Assembly (NCBI GenBank): GCA_046290225.1
Contig: JBKAGE010000082.1
Span: 1-64,000, forward strand
Length of the DNA: 64,000 nucleotides
Direction of reading: 5' to 3'
Source: Bradymonadia bacterium
Lineage (GTDB): Bacteria; Myxococcota_A; Bradymonadia; UBA7976; UBA1532
The position numbers and the translations under genes were made by a program. The stretch's first letter is position 1. Every line of letters starts with the position of its first letter. Under the pieces are notes generated by a model, which saw nothing but the letters and a program-made list of their open reading frames with translations, did not search any database and was not told where the DNA came from. Positions 9,940 through 20,061 of the stretch are shown piece by piece.

Positions 9940-10929
9940 ATGCCCGGCTCTACTCTGCTCGCCCTTGGTCTGACCCTGTTCAGCCCACCACTCTTCTCCA
10001 CAGCCCCTGTGGATCACGACACTCTGCCCAAGGCCCTCGCCGCTCGAAACATCGAAGCGCCTCCAGGCTTCAAAGCCATGGTGATCGCTCTCCCCCCAGA
10101 AGGGCTCGATGCGCGCATCTATGACTACGAAGGCACTGGGGAGGATCGCCGAGGGTGGTGGCCCGCATCGACGGTGAAGCTCTATGCCGCCCTCGCCGCC
10201 TTGGAAGTGGCAGAGTCTCATGGCTTCTCCGCAAAGGCCCGCGTGGGCTTCGGAGGCAGCAACAAGGCGGTGAAGCTCTCCTGGCTGGTCCGCAAGACGC
10301 TGATCCACAGCCACAACCGCACCTTCGATCGTCTGGGGCAAATCGCCGGGCCCCGATACACCCACACCCAGCTGCTCAACACCGCCCGTGGCCTCGACAA
10401 AGTGCTCCTCGCCGAGGGCTACAGCTTCGACATCAGCGGCTTCGATCTGACCTGGGCCCCGAAGGTGACCTTCCTTGAGGGATCGAAGCGCAAGGCCCTG
10501 CCAGAGCGTCGATTCTCTCCGAGCCGCCGCTGTGGGCAACGCAACTGCACCTCGGTGGGTGATCTGGTCCGAGCCATGGCTCTGGTGATGTTGCACGACG
10601 ACCTGCCCGACGATCAGCGCCTGGCCCTGAGCGATGCGTCGATCGCCCTGCTCAAAGACGCGTTGGGTGATCCGGCACGCAAACGCGGGCTTGGGGTGGC
10701 GAAAGCGCTGAAGCGCGCGTTTCGCTCAAAAGGGCGCACGCTGAAGGTGTGGCACAAGCCGGGGTTTTATCCGAGCTGGCGCAGCGACGTGCTGTATGCA
10801 GAAGACACGCGCTCAGGTGAGCGCTGGCTGGTGGGGCTGGCGGGCCGTGGCGGGCGCGACGCGCTGAACGAGGTGGCCTATGGGGTGGGGCTGTTCATGC
10901 AGCAGCACGATCTCGAGGGCCAGCGCTGA
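9940..10929 (+). CDS. Serine hydrolase of the class A beta-lactamase/penicillin-binding protein fold
   Basis: SxxK (PASTVK), SxN (SHN) and K-x-G (HKPG) motifs in the expected order; signal peptide. Confidence 0.7.
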   Translation: MPGSTLLALGLTLFSPPLFSTAPVDHDTLPKALAARNIEAPPGFKAMVIALPPEGLDARIYDYEGTGEDRRGWWPASTVKLYAALAALEVAESHGFSAKARVGFGGSNKAVKLSWLVRKTLIHSHNRTFDRLGQIAGPRYTHTQLLNTARGLDKVLLAEGYSFDISGFDLTWAPKVTFLEGSKRKALPERRFSPSRRCGQRNCTSVGDLVRAMALVMLHDDLPDDQRLALSDASIALLKDALGDPARKRGLGVAKALKRAFRSKGRTLKVWHKPGFYPSWRSDVLYAEDTRSGERWLVGLAGRGGRDALNEVAYGVGLFMQQHDLEGQR

Positions 10930-11971
10930 CGGCAAAGGCCATCGACACCGCCGCGGTGAGCAGTAAGAAGGCCACCCCCTGATGTGAAGCAGCAGCCCAG
11001 ATGGGCATGCCCGCCACCACCGTGATCACCCCGAGCACGAACTGCGCGACGACCAGCCCGCCGAGGGCGAGGGCCACCTGCTTGTGCCGAGGGTGGGTCG
11101 CCCGACGCCACGCCACGGCGGCGATGGCCAGGCCTGCGAAGCCCACGAGCCACGCCGCGGTGCGATGCAGAAAATGGATCGCCACCGGGTTCTCGAAGGC
11201 GTTTACCCAGACCGGTGACTTGCTCAGCCAGCTCTCGGGGACCATCACGCCGTTCATGTCAGGCCAGGTCTGGAACAGCCAGCCCGCCCGGGTGCCCGCC
11301 ATGAAGGCTCCCCAGACGATTTGCACGACCAGGAGTGCCATGAAGCCCCAGATGAGGCCCTTGGAGAGCTTCAAGCGCGGCGTTGACGGCTGTTGCGGAT
11401 GCAGCGCACGTGTGAGCCACCACACATAGGCACCCACGAAGAAGGCCAGCGACAGGTGCGAGGCAAGGCGGTAGTGGCTCACCTCGGGGATGTGCACCAG
11501 GCCGCTCTTCACCATGTACCAGCCCAGCAAGGCCTGACCGCCGCCGAGCAGGAACGCCACAGCGGCCTTCGCCGCCCACTTGCCTCTCAGCTTCCGGCGC
11601 ACCACGAAGTAGAGCCACGGCACGAAGAACACCAGCCCGATGAGACGACCCCAGAGGCGGTGCAGGTACTCCCAGAAGAAGATCTGCTTGAAGTCGTCGA
11701 GCTTCATCCAGTGGTTGACTTCGGTGTACTGCGGGCTCTGCTTGTAGAGATCGAAGACTGTGTTCCACTCGGTCTCGTTCATGGGCGGCAAAGTGCCCAT
11801 GAGGGGGCGCCAGTCCACCATCGACAGGCCCGAGCCTGTGAGCCGTGTGATCCCCCCGATGACCACCATGGCGAGGATCATGAAATACACCGCGAGCAGC
11901 CAGCGGCGGACCCCAGGGGTCACGCCGGCAGGCAGCGCAGTCTTCGCTGCGGATCTGGAAGGCAGGTTCAT
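10895..11971 (-). CDS. ctaA: Heme A synthase, COX15/CtaA family
   Basis: GGITRLTGSGLSMVDW, FFWEYLHRLWGR, GWYMVKSGL, SHYRLASHL and HFLHR motifs. Confidence 0.93.
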   Translation of the reverse strand: MNLPSRSAAKTALPAGVTPGVRRWLLAVYFMILAMVVIGGITRLTGSGLSMVDWRPLMGTLPPMNETEWNTVFDLYKQSPQYTEVNHWMKLDDFKQIFFWEYLHRLWGRLIGLVFFVPWLYFVVRRKLRGKWAAKAAVAFLLGGGQALLGWYMVKSGLVHIPEVSHYRLASHLSLAFFVGAYVWWLTRALHPQQPSTPRLKLSKGLIWGFMALLVVQIVWGAFMAGTRAGWLFQTWPDMNGVMVPESWLSKSPVWVNAFENPVAIHFLHRTAAWLVGFAGLAIAAVAWRRATHPRHKQVALALGGLVVAQFVLGVITVVAGMPIWAAASHQGVAFLLLTAAVSMAFAVSAGPRDRAAA

Positions 11972-12510
11972 GGCTTTTGCTTCGCTCTCGGTCCACGTCG
12001 TGTCGCCCCCACGAGAGGCGACTTCGGTTGCTCTGGCGTGAACACCAGGGTGCTCAGGCGGCCGTTGATTTTGACGTTGAGTGTATTGAGCTGCAACGGC
12101 GCCTGCTCGAAGAAGATGCGATGAGCAAGGGTTACGCCGCTCACGCCTTGTGGAAGGGGCACCTCGAAGTACAACCACGCAGAGGTGATCTCTGCCTCGA
12201 GGCCCACCCACTTGATGGGCCGCGGGGTGCTGCCCTCGCTGATCACGAAGGTCTCGGCAAGGTACGCCGCCACCTGGGCGCTGGCCCCGGGAGCGTCGAT
12301 GGAGATCACCTTGCCGCTGCGCTGGCCGATGGCCTGCTCGAGATCGTGCACAGACACCTTGAGGGCCACCTCGAGGCTGTGACTCTCGGGGTTGAACTCC
12401 GCCTCACCGAGGGTGGCGTAGATGGGGTGAGCTGAGGCGCTCTGCAGGCCCCATAGACACAGCACAACTGTGCACAGCGCTCCATGGAGCAGAGCGCCGA
12501 AGGGCTTCAT
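11968..12510 (-). CDS. Secreted protein, DUF6702-like (His after signal peptide), translationally coupled to the M1 peptidase and ctaA
   Basis: ASA-HPIYATLGEAEFN...LEVALKV..HDLE; 4-bp overlaps with both neighbours. Confidence 0.65.
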   Translation of the reverse strand: MKPFGALLHGALCTVVLCLWGLQSASAHPIYATLGEAEFNPESHSLEVALKVSVHDLEQAIGQRSGKVISIDAPGASAQVAAYLAETFVISEGSTPRPIKWVGLEAEITSAWLYFEVPLPQGVSGVTLAHRIFFEQAPLQLNTLNVKINGRLSTLVFTPEQPKSPLVGATRRGPRAKQKP

Positions 12511-14948
12511 TTCTCGCTGCCCTTCTCAGAGCTCTTCTTGTCGTCGGCCTTTTTGTCAGCGTCCTTTTTGTTGGCGCCCTTTTTGTCGCCCTCGGCCTTC
12601 TCCTCAGCCTCTTTTTTGGCCTTCTCTTCAGCCTTCTTCTTGGCGTCAGCGGCCTTCTGCATCGCGTTCTTCTCGAACTTGCGCTTGAAGAGCTTGAAGC
12701 GGCTTTCTTTGGGCTTCACCGGCCAGCTGTTATTGCTGGTGTCGGTGTCTGCGGTCTCGAGGTGGGGGTCGAGCTGCACCCTGACGACAGGCTTCTTGGT
12801 CATGAAGAGCTTGGAGACCTTCTCGGCGTCTTTTTGCCAGATCTGCGCGGGGATCCGGATCTCCTGAGTCTCACCACCCTCGAACTCCAGCTCCACGATA
12901 ACCGGAGACACTAGGCCGCCGACGTTCTCGAAGTCGAGCACGTAGAAGTGACGCTTCGTGGCCAGCAGCTCTTTCTCGTGGGGCTCCAGGCCTTCGAGCA
13001 TCTTCTTGAAGCCCTCGCGATCTTCTTCGGTGACGTCGAGCGGATCGTAGCTGTTGTAGAAGTCCTTCAGCTTGGGGAACCGGTTCACCCGGAAGTCCTT
13101 GAACTCGCTGTTGAGGTGCTCGAAGCGGGTCGTGGGCGCCTCGTCTTTCTCTTTCTTCTTCCGGGGCTTCTCTACATCAGGGTCGCCGGTGTCGAGCATG
13201 TACTCCTGTACCCCGGCGAGGGCCACGTCCACATGATCGGTGGTGTAGAACCAGCCCCGCCAGAACCAGTCGAGGTCCACAGCAGAGGCGTCTTCCATGG
13301 TGCGGAAGAAATCTGCGGGCATGGGACGCTTGAAGCGCCAGCGGTTCGCGTACTTCTTGAAGGCGTAGTCGAAGAGCTCGCGGCCCATCACGGTGTCACG
13401 GAGCACGTTGAGGGCCGTGGCGGGCTTGGCGTAGGCGTTGTTGCCGAACTGCAGGATCGACTCGGAGTTGGTCATGATGGGCACCTGCTGGGTGCTCTTC
13501 ATGTAGCCGACGATGGCCTGGGGCTCACCACGCCACGAGGGGTAGTCGGGCTCCCACTCCTGCTCGGCGATGAACTGCAAGAAGGTGTTGAGCCCCTCGT
13601 CCATCCAGGTCCACTGGCGCTCGTCGGAGTTCACGATCATGGGGAACCAGTTGTGGCCCACCTCGTGGATGATGACCGAGATCAGACCGTACTTGGTGCG
13701 GCGCCAGTCGCGGCCCTTGGCGTACTTGTCGTAGTAAGTGCCGTCCTCGTCGGTCCGGGGGCCGTTGAAGGAGATCATCGGGTACTCCATGCCGCCAACG
13801 GGGCCGTTCATGGAGATCGCCGTGGGGTACGGGTAGTCGAAGGTCATGCGACCGTAGACCTCGATGGTGTGGGCGATGGCCTGGGTGCTGTAGGTGCTCC
13901 AGAGGGGCTCAGCCTCGTTGGGGTAGAACGACATGCACATCACGGTGTCGCGATCCTGCTTGTGGCCCCAGGCATCCCAGATGAACTTGCGGCTGCTGCC
14001 GAAGGCGAAGTCGCGGATGTTCTTGGCGGTGAAACGCCACGTCTTGTAGCCCGCGGCCTTGCCCTCTTGAGCCTTCTTGGCCTCGTCGGGGGTGACGATG
14101 AAGATGGGCTCTTTCGAAGTGCGGGCCTTCTTCAGGCGGTCTCGTTGCGTACGCGTGAGCACGGCCCCAGGGTTCTTGAGCACCCCCGTGGCCCCGACGA
14201 TGTGATCTTTGGGCACGGTGAGCCGCACGTCGTAATCGCCGAGCTCCAGGGTGAACTCACCGCGGCCGAGGAACTGCTTGTTCTGCCACCCGTCGACATC
14301 GTCGTACGCCGCCATGCGCGGGTACCACTGGGCGATGGTGTAGATGTAGTTGTCTTCTTTTTTGAAGTGCTCGTACCCGCCGCGCCCCCACATCACCTCG
14401 GCGTCGATGATGTTGTAGGACCACTCGACCACGAACCGGATCCGCTCTCCGGGCTTCACGGGCTTCGCCGGATCGAGCCGCATCATGGTGCCGCTCACCG
14501 TGTGGGGGATCGCCTTGCCGCTGGTGGTCTCCACCGACTTGATCTCGTAGCCTCCCTCGAAGGTCTCCAGCGCAAGCAGCCGCTGCAGGTTCCGGTAGGG
14601 GAACTCCTTGAAGCCTGGGGCGCTGCTGATGGCCAGGGTCTCGGAGTCCTTCTTGAAGCGGTTCTGGTCGAGCTGCATCCAGAGGTAGTCGAGCGTGTGG
14701 GGCGATCTGTTGGTGTAGGTGATCGTCTCGCGGCCGGTGATGCGCTGCTTCGAGTCGTCGAGGACGGCCTCGATGACGTAATCCACCTTCTGCTGCCAGT
14801 ACTTGGGCCCCGGCGCACCAGAGGCGAGGCGCACCTCGGTGGGGGTGGGCAGGATCTCTTCGAGCTGCTTGAACTTCTCGGCGCCTGATTGAGCGGCGAC
14901 GAGACTGGGCACCATCAACAGCGAAAACACCATCACACGGGCAAACAT
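12507..14948 (-). CDS. M1 family zinc aminopeptidase
   Basis: GGMEYPM, HEVGHNWFPM...WMDEGLNTF (HExxH-18-E) and NAYAKP motifs; Lys/Glu-rich tail. Confidence 0.95.
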   Translation of the reverse strand: MFARVMVFSLLMVPSLVAAQSGAEKFKQLEEILPTPTEVRLASGAPGPKYWQQKVDYVIEAVLDDSKQRITGRETITYTNRSPHTLDYLWMQLDQNRFKKDSETLAISSAPGFKEFPYRNLQRLLALETFEGGYEIKSVETTSGKAIPHTVSGTMMRLDPAKPVKPGERIRFVVEWSYNIIDAEVMWGRGGYEHFKKEDNYIYTIAQWYPRMAAYDDVDGWQNKQFLGRGEFTLELGDYDVRLTVPKDHIVGATGVLKNPGAVLTRTQRDRLKKARTSKEPIFIVTPDEAKKAQEGKAAGYKTWRFTAKNIRDFAFGSSRKFIWDAWGHKQDRDTVMCMSFYPNEAEPLWSTYSTQAIAHTIEVYGRMTFDYPYPTAISMNGPVGGMEYPMISFNGPRTDEDGTYYDKYAKGRDWRRTKYGLISVIIHEVGHNWFPMIVNSDERQWTWMDEGLNTFLQFIAEQEWEPDYPSWRGEPQAIVGYMKSTQQVPIMTNSESILQFGNNAYAKPATALNVLRDTVMGRELFDYAFKKYANRWRFKRPMPADFFRTMEDASAVDLDWFWRGWFYTTDHVDVALAGVQEYMLDTGDPDVEKPRKKKEKDEAPTTRFEHLNSEFKDFRVNRFPKLKDFYNSYDPLDVTEEDREGFKKMLEGLEPHEKELLATKRHFYVLDFENVGGLVSPVIVELEFEGGETQEIRIPAQIWQKDAEKVSKLFMTKKPVVRVQLDPHLETADTDTSNNSWPVKPKESRFKLFKRKFEKNAMQKAADAKKKAEEKAKKEAEEKAEGDKKGANKKDADKKADDKKSSEKGSEK

Positions 14949-15115
14949 CAGCACTCCACAACACATCGAGGGGGCACAACGAAGGCGGCATCCTGCGTCA
15001 TCACCCTGGTGAGGGCAAGGGGCGCAGCGGCTTCGCGGGCGGTTTTAAGAATGCACGCCTTGCGCCCGGGTTGCATGCGGCGATACGACTCGATGAGAAC
15101 ATCTAACAGGGGTGA

Positions 15116-16264
15116 GTGATGTGGCGATCACGGCTGGCGACGCTTCTCGTACTGACCTCTCTCACCGCGTGTGGGGGTGAAGACACCGAGGAAGGCCCCC
15201 TCGACATCACCCGCGATCAAGGCCCCACGCCGAACTGCGTCGAAGGGGTGACGCTGTGCAACGGCCAGACCTACAGCATCTGCCGCGGGGGCATCTACGA
15301 GCCCGTAGAGGTGTGCGAAAGCATGTGCGTGCCCGGGGTGGGCTGCGGCGCCTGTGATCCAGCCTCGCCTCAGGTCTGCGTCGGCGACGATCTCTACAGC
15401 TGCTCGAGCGAAGGCGCGCTGAGCGCCCAGCCGGTTCAAACCTGTGACTCGGGCTGCATGTTCGACGCCTGTGTGGGCGGCTGCGACGAGGGCAGCGAGC
15501 TCATCTATGTGGTGGACTCGGACAACACCCTGCTCAGCTTCGATCCTCGCACTTTGGCCTTCAACCGTTTGGGGGTGCTCAACTGCCCCGCGGCCCTGCC
15601 CTGGCCTGACTGGAGCCGGAATCAGGCCTCGCCCTTCTCGATGTCGGTGGATCGCTTCGGCCGGGCCTGGGTGCTCTACACCAGCGGCGAGATCTTCTGG
15701 GTGGACATCAACAACAACCTGGCCTGTGAGCGCAGCCCCTTCGTACCGGGCACTGAAGGCTTCGAACTCTTCGGTATGGGCTTCGTCACCGACACCCCAG
15801 GGGGCAACAACGAGTCGCTCTACATCGCCGGCGGCCCCGTGGGCAGCCTCGAGCGCGGCCAGCTGGCCCGTGTCGATCCCAACACGCTCACCGTCGAGCG
15901 CCTGGGCCCGCTGAACATCAGCGACTTCGGACCAGAGCTCACGGGGAACGGCGACGCCGAGCTCTGGGGCTACTTCCCCGGCGGCAGCCCCCAGGTGGCC
16001 CGCATCGACAAGGGCAGCGGCGCCGACGAAGAGCGCTGGCGCCTGCCGGGCTTCGTGGCCCAGCCCAGAGCCTGGGCCTTCGCCCACTGGGGCGGTCGCT
16101 ACCACGTGTTCATCACCGACACCGACGGCTTCGGGAATCTGACGTCGGAGGTCATCCGTTTCGATCCAGTGGCGGCCACCGCGGAGACGGTGGCAACGAA
16201 CCTGCCCTATGTGATCGTAGGCGCCGGGGTGAGCACGTGCGCGCCCACCGTGAGCAACTTCTGA
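15116..16264 (+). CDS. Cys-rich lipoprotein with probable beta-propeller domain
   Basis: LTAC lipobox; Cys-rich N-terminal region; PFSMSVDR, FGMGF, ELTGNGD and WAFAHWGG motifs of the kind seen in myxobacterial lipoproteins. Confidence 0.75.
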   Translation: MMWRSRLATLLVLTSLTACGGEDTEEGPLDITRDQGPTPNCVEGVTLCNGQTYSICRGGIYEPVEVCESMCVPGVGCGACDPASPQVCVGDDLYSCSSEGALSAQPVQTCDSGCMFDACVGGCDEGSELIYVVDSDNTLLSFDPRTLAFNRLGVLNCPAALPWPDWSRNQASPFSMSVDRFGRAWVLYTSGEIFWVDINNNLACERSPFVPGTEGFELFGMGFVTDTPGGNNESLYIAGGPVGSLERGQLARVDPNTLTVERLGPLNISDFGPELTGNGDAELWGYFPGGSPQVARIDKGSGADEERWRLPGFVAQPRAWAFAHWGGRYHVFITDTDGFGNLTSEVIRFDPVAATAETVATNLPYVIVGAGVSTCAPTVSNF

Positions 16265-16279
16265 AAAGCATCTGCCGAG

Positions 16280-17299
16280 GTGATCTTGAGCATGTATCCG
16301 AGGCTGGCGCTGTTGATCATGTTGGCCTTGGGTACACATGCCCACGCCCAAGGCGAAGTGGTCCACGGCGTCACCATCTCCTGCCAGACCTACGGCCCCG
16401 AGTGGGGCACCGACGCCTTCGCCGCAGAGCTCGACCGCCTCAAGGCCATGGGGGTGAACTGGGTGGCGATCCACCCTTACGCCCGCATCGACGGCGACGG
16501 CCGGGTGAGCACCCGCCTCGACTCGAGCAAGCCCCCGCGCTGGATCACCCGACCCATCGCCGAGGCGAAGGCCCGGGGCATGCACATCATGGTGAAGCCC
16601 CACCTGGCCTACTGGGGCAGCCCTTTCTCGTGGCGGGGTGAGATCGACTTCCCCCCAGGGCCCAAGCGCGATCGCTTCTTCGAGAGCTACCGCCGCTGGA
16701 TCGTGGACATGGCCCAGGTGACCGCCGAGGCCGACGCCTTCGCCGTAGGCACCGAGCTGGACAAGCTCATCGAGCACGACGCCCAGTGGCGACGCATCAT
16801 CGCTGAGATCCGCAAAGTGACTCCGGCGAAGCTGACCTACGCCGCCAACTGGACCGATTACACCCGAGTGCCCTTCTGGGATGCCCTCGACGCAGTGGGC
16901 GTGCAGGCCTACTTCCCGCTCATGAAAGAAGGTGATGGCGCGAAGGCTGATCGCGCGACGCTGCTCGCAGGCTGGCAGAAAGTGCTCGACGGGCTGCGCG
17001 AGGTGCACACACAGACAGGCAAGCCCATCATCTTCACCGAGCTGGGCTATTCGCTGACCCCTGTGGCAGCGACGAAGCCATGGGCCCACGAGTGGCCCAA
17101 GGGTTGGGGTGACAAAGCCGCAGCGGCTGCACTGCAGAAACTCTGCCTCGATGTGGCCCTCGAAGTGATGGAAAGAGAGAAGAGCTGGCTGCGGGGAGCC
17201 TTCTTGTGGAAATGGTTCGTCGGCGCAGCGCCTGGGGAAGATTTCATGATGGACGCGCCGCATCTATTGCCGGTGCTCACGGAGCACTGGCAGGGGTGA
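16280..17299 (+). CDS. Secreted glycoside hydrolase family 113-like TIM-barrel protein
   Basis: MVKPHL, WRGEI, VGTEL (acid/base), LTYAANW, GVQAYFPL and IIFTELGY (nucleophile) motifs. Confidence 0.82.
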   Translation: MILSMYPRLALLIMLALGTHAHAQGEVVHGVTISCQTYGPEWGTDAFAAELDRLKAMGVNWVAIHPYARIDGDGRVSTRLDSSKPPRWITRPIAEAKARGMHIMVKPHLAYWGSPFSWRGEIDFPPGPKRDRFFESYRRWIVDMAQVTAEADAFAVGTELDKLIEHDAQWRRIIAEIRKVTPAKLTYAANWTDYTRVPFWDALDAVGVQAYFPLMKEGDGAKADRATLLAGWQKVLDGLREVHTQTGKPIIFTELGYSLTPVAATKPWAHEWPKGWGDKAAAAALQKLCLDVALEVMEREKSWLRGAFLWKWFVGAAPGEDFMMDAPHLLPVLTEHWQG

Positions 17300-17302
17300 G
17301 GA

Positions 17303-17899
17303 CTACTCCTCGCCCTCGTCACCCTCGTTGCCTGTGAGGCTGCGGGTGCCGGTGATGCGCACGTCGGCGGAGCAATCGATGTCCACCAGGGAATCAGCCT
17401 CGTAGCGGCGGTTCGCCGTGGCCGTCATCTTGCCGCCGTCGTCCGTCTCGAGGCGGCCCTCGACGATCTCGGTGCGGCGGAGCAGCTGGCCGCCGATCTC
17501 GATCTCGAAGACCTGACCGTACTTGAAGGTCTTGTCGGCGTTGAACTGGCCCTCGAAGACGAAGCTGTCGCCCACGACGCCCTCGCCAAGATCCGCAGAG
17601 GGGCGATCGAGATCACCCTGCTTGTGCACCAGCTCGATGGACTCCTCGTCCTCATCGCCCTCTTCGGGCAGAGGCAGCACGCCGCCCACGTTCACCAGAT
17701 CGCAGTTGGTGGCGGTGACCTCGGTCTGCAGGGTCCAGATACCGGTGTGGATCACGCCCTGGCCGCTGCCCTCCTCGATGGCCTCGACGTCGGCCCGGGT
17801 GACGGCGGCGTTGCCCGAGGCGTCTTTGCCCTCGGTGTCACAGCCCGTGGTCAGGGTGGGGACCAGCAGCATCATCGGCAGCGCAAACAAACGGTTCAT
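17303..17899 (-). CDS. Hypothetical acidic lipoprotein
   Basis: AGGAGG RBS; LTTGC lipobox. Confidence 0.75.
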   Translation of the reverse strand: MNRLFALPMMLLVPTLTTGCDTEGKDASGNAAVTRADVEAIEEGSGQGVIHTGIWTLQTEVTATNCDLVNVGGVLPLPEEGDEDEESIELVHKQGDLDRPSADLGEGVVGDSFVFEGQFNADKTFKYGQVFEIEIGGQLLRRTEIVEGRLETDDGGKMTATANRRYEADSLVDIDCSADVRITGTRSLTGNEGDEGEE

Positions 17900-18075
17900 G
17901 AGCTCCTCCTCTCATCACAAGTCGGCGCCCTCTGACGAAGCAGCGCCCGTTTTGTTCTCCCTCGCCTTTCGCGGCCCGCATCTCCCGGGCCCGCTCGACC
18001 CCACGCATCACGCTTGCGTCTGGGTCATGGGGCGCGGACAATACCCGACCTTGTTTCACCGGGGAAGGCACACCC

Positions 18076-19971
18076 ATGTCCGCCCAGACCGAAAAAGCAC
18101 CCGTCGATCTCTACGCTCAGCTCATCGCCGACATCGCCGCCCCCCTCGAGGCGGCCCTCGTCGAGCGTGGGGTGGATCTCGCCCAGATGGGCGCCCCTCA
18201 GCTGGCGCCGCCCACCCGCGAGGGCGCAGGCGATCTCGCGCTGCCCTGCTTCCCGTATGCACGGGTGTTCCGCAAGGCGCCCAAGATGATCGCCGATGAT
18301 CTGGCCCCCATCGTCGAGGGCCACCCCCTCGTGGCCTCTGTAGAGTCGGTGGGGGGCTTCTTGAACCTGAAGTTCCATTGGCCCGAGGTGGCCAGGCGGG
18401 TGCTCCAGTGGGCCCAGACCGACGACGGCGCTTTGGGCAAGTCCACAGCCCTGGCCGGCAAGAAGGTGATGGTGGAGTACTGCTCCCCGAACACCAACAA
18501 GCCCCTGCACCTGGGCCACTGCCGGAACAACATCCTCGGCGAGACGGTGTCGACGCTCATGCGGGCCGCCGGCGCCGAGGTGGTTCGGGTGAACCTGATC
18601 AACGACCGCGGGATCCACATCTGCAAGTCGATGGTGGCCTACAAGCGCTTTGGTGAAGGGGCCACTCCAGACTCGATGGGCAAGAAGGGCGATCACTTCG
18701 TCGGCCACTACTATGTGCAGTTCGACAAGGCCTTCATGGCCGAGTACGCCGCCTACAAAGAGGGCCTCGCCGAAAGTGAGACTCCCCTTGAGAAAGACCC
18801 TTACTTCAACAGCGAGCACAGCGCCCTCGGTGCCGAGGCCCGCGACACCCTGAAGAAGTGGGAGGCCGGTGACGAAGAGGTCCTCGCCCAGTGGCGGCAG
18901 ATGAACGCCTGGTGCAAGGCAGGCTTCGAAGAGACCTTCGAGCGCATGGGCATCGGGTTCGATCGCGTCGATCTCGAGAGCGAAACCTACCTGCTCGGTC
19001 GCGACACCGTAGAAAAGGGCCTCGCCGACGGTGTGTTCCTCAAGCGCGACGACGGCAGCATCGCCTTCGACCTCGAGCGCATCGGCCTCGAGGGCCAGAA
19101 AGTCGTACTGCGGTCCGACGGCACCAGCCTCTACGTCACCCAGGACATCGGCACCGCCCTCAAGCGCTTCGACGAGGTGGCCTTCGATCACATGACCTAC
19201 GTGGTGGGCAACGAGCAGGATCGTCACTTCCAGGTGCTCTTCGGCATCTTGTCCGCCCTGCGGCCCGCCCTCGACGGTCGCATGAGCCACCTGAGCTACG
19301 GCATGGTCGAGTTGCCCGAAGGCAAGATGAAGAGCCGCGAAGGCAAGGTGGTCGACGCTGACGATCTCATGGACGAGTTGCAGGCCGCCGCACGTGCCGA
19401 TACCCTCCAGCGGTCCCCTGATCTGGATGACGACTCACTCGACCACCGGGCAGAAGCGTTGGGCCTCGCAGGCCTGAAGTTCTACCTCTTGAACTTCAGC
19501 CCCAAGACCACCTTCACGTTCCACCCGGAGAAGAGCATCCAGCCCATGGGGGAGACGGGGCCGAACTGCCAATATGCCTATGCGCGCTGTGACAGCATCT
19601 TGCGCAAGGTGCAGGCCAGAGTCGACGCCGGCGAGTTGACCCTCGCGGCGCCGGAGTACGGCACCCTCGCACTCGAAGTCGAGCTGGATCTCATGCGCGC
19701 CATGCTCGACTTCCCGAAGCAGATCCAACTGGCCGCCACCAAGCAGGATCCCAACTTCCTGACCAAGGCCACCTTCACCCTGAGCAGCCGCCTCCACAGC
19801 TTCTTCAACTACAAGGAGACGCTCGAAGACGGCACCAAGCTCGACACCAATGTCCTCCGGGCGACCTCGCCGGGCCTGCAGGCGGCCCGGGTAGAGCTCG
19901 TGAAGGGTGTTCAGCGCATGATCGGCGCGGGGCTGGGCCTCATGGGCATCACCCCACTCAACGAAATGTAA
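18076..19971 (+). CDS. argS: Arginine--tRNA ligase
   Basis: VEYCSPNTNKPLHLGH (HIGH-like), NDRGIHICKSM, LRSDGTSLYVTQDIG, GKMKSREG and QYAYAR motifs. Confidence 0.97.
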   Translation: MSAQTEKAPVDLYAQLIADIAAPLEAALVERGVDLAQMGAPQLAPPTREGAGDLALPCFPYARVFRKAPKMIADDLAPIVEGHPLVASVESVGGFLNLKFHWPEVARRVLQWAQTDDGALGKSTALAGKKVMVEYCSPNTNKPLHLGHCRNNILGETVSTLMRAAGAEVVRVNLINDRGIHICKSMVAYKRFGEGATPDSMGKKGDHFVGHYYVQFDKAFMAEYAAYKEGLAESETPLEKDPYFNSEHSALGAEARDTLKKWEAGDEEVLAQWRQMNAWCKAGFEETFERMGIGFDRVDLESETYLLGRDTVEKGLADGVFLKRDDGSIAFDLERIGLEGQKVVLRSDGTSLYVTQDIGTALKRFDEVAFDHMTYVVGNEQDRHFQVLFGILSALRPALDGRMSHLSYGMVELPEGKMKSREGKVVDADDLMDELQAAARADTLQRSPDLDDDSLDHRAEALGLAGLKFYLLNFSPKTTFTFHPEKSIQPMGETGPNCQYAYARCDSILRKVQARVDAGELTLAAPEYGTLALEVELDLMRAMLDFPKQIQLAATKQDPNFLTKATFTLSSRLHSFFNYKETLEDGTKLDTNVLRATSPGLQAARVELVKGVQRMIGAGLGLMGITPLNEM

Positions 19972-20061
19972 TTCCGCCCCACGGTCATCCCCTCTTCACA
20001 GAGCGTCACCGGTGGGGCAAAGAGCCCCGCACAGTGATGCGGGGTTCGAGGAGGCGACATC

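Noticed and set aside
9940..10929. Bona fide beta-lactamase resistance gene
   Set aside because: The motifs are divergent (SHN, KPG) and I could not identify the omega-loop Glu, so only the fold-level call is supported.
12948..14888. 646-aa plus-strand ORF
   Set aside because: Antisense to the M1 peptidase; no motifs.
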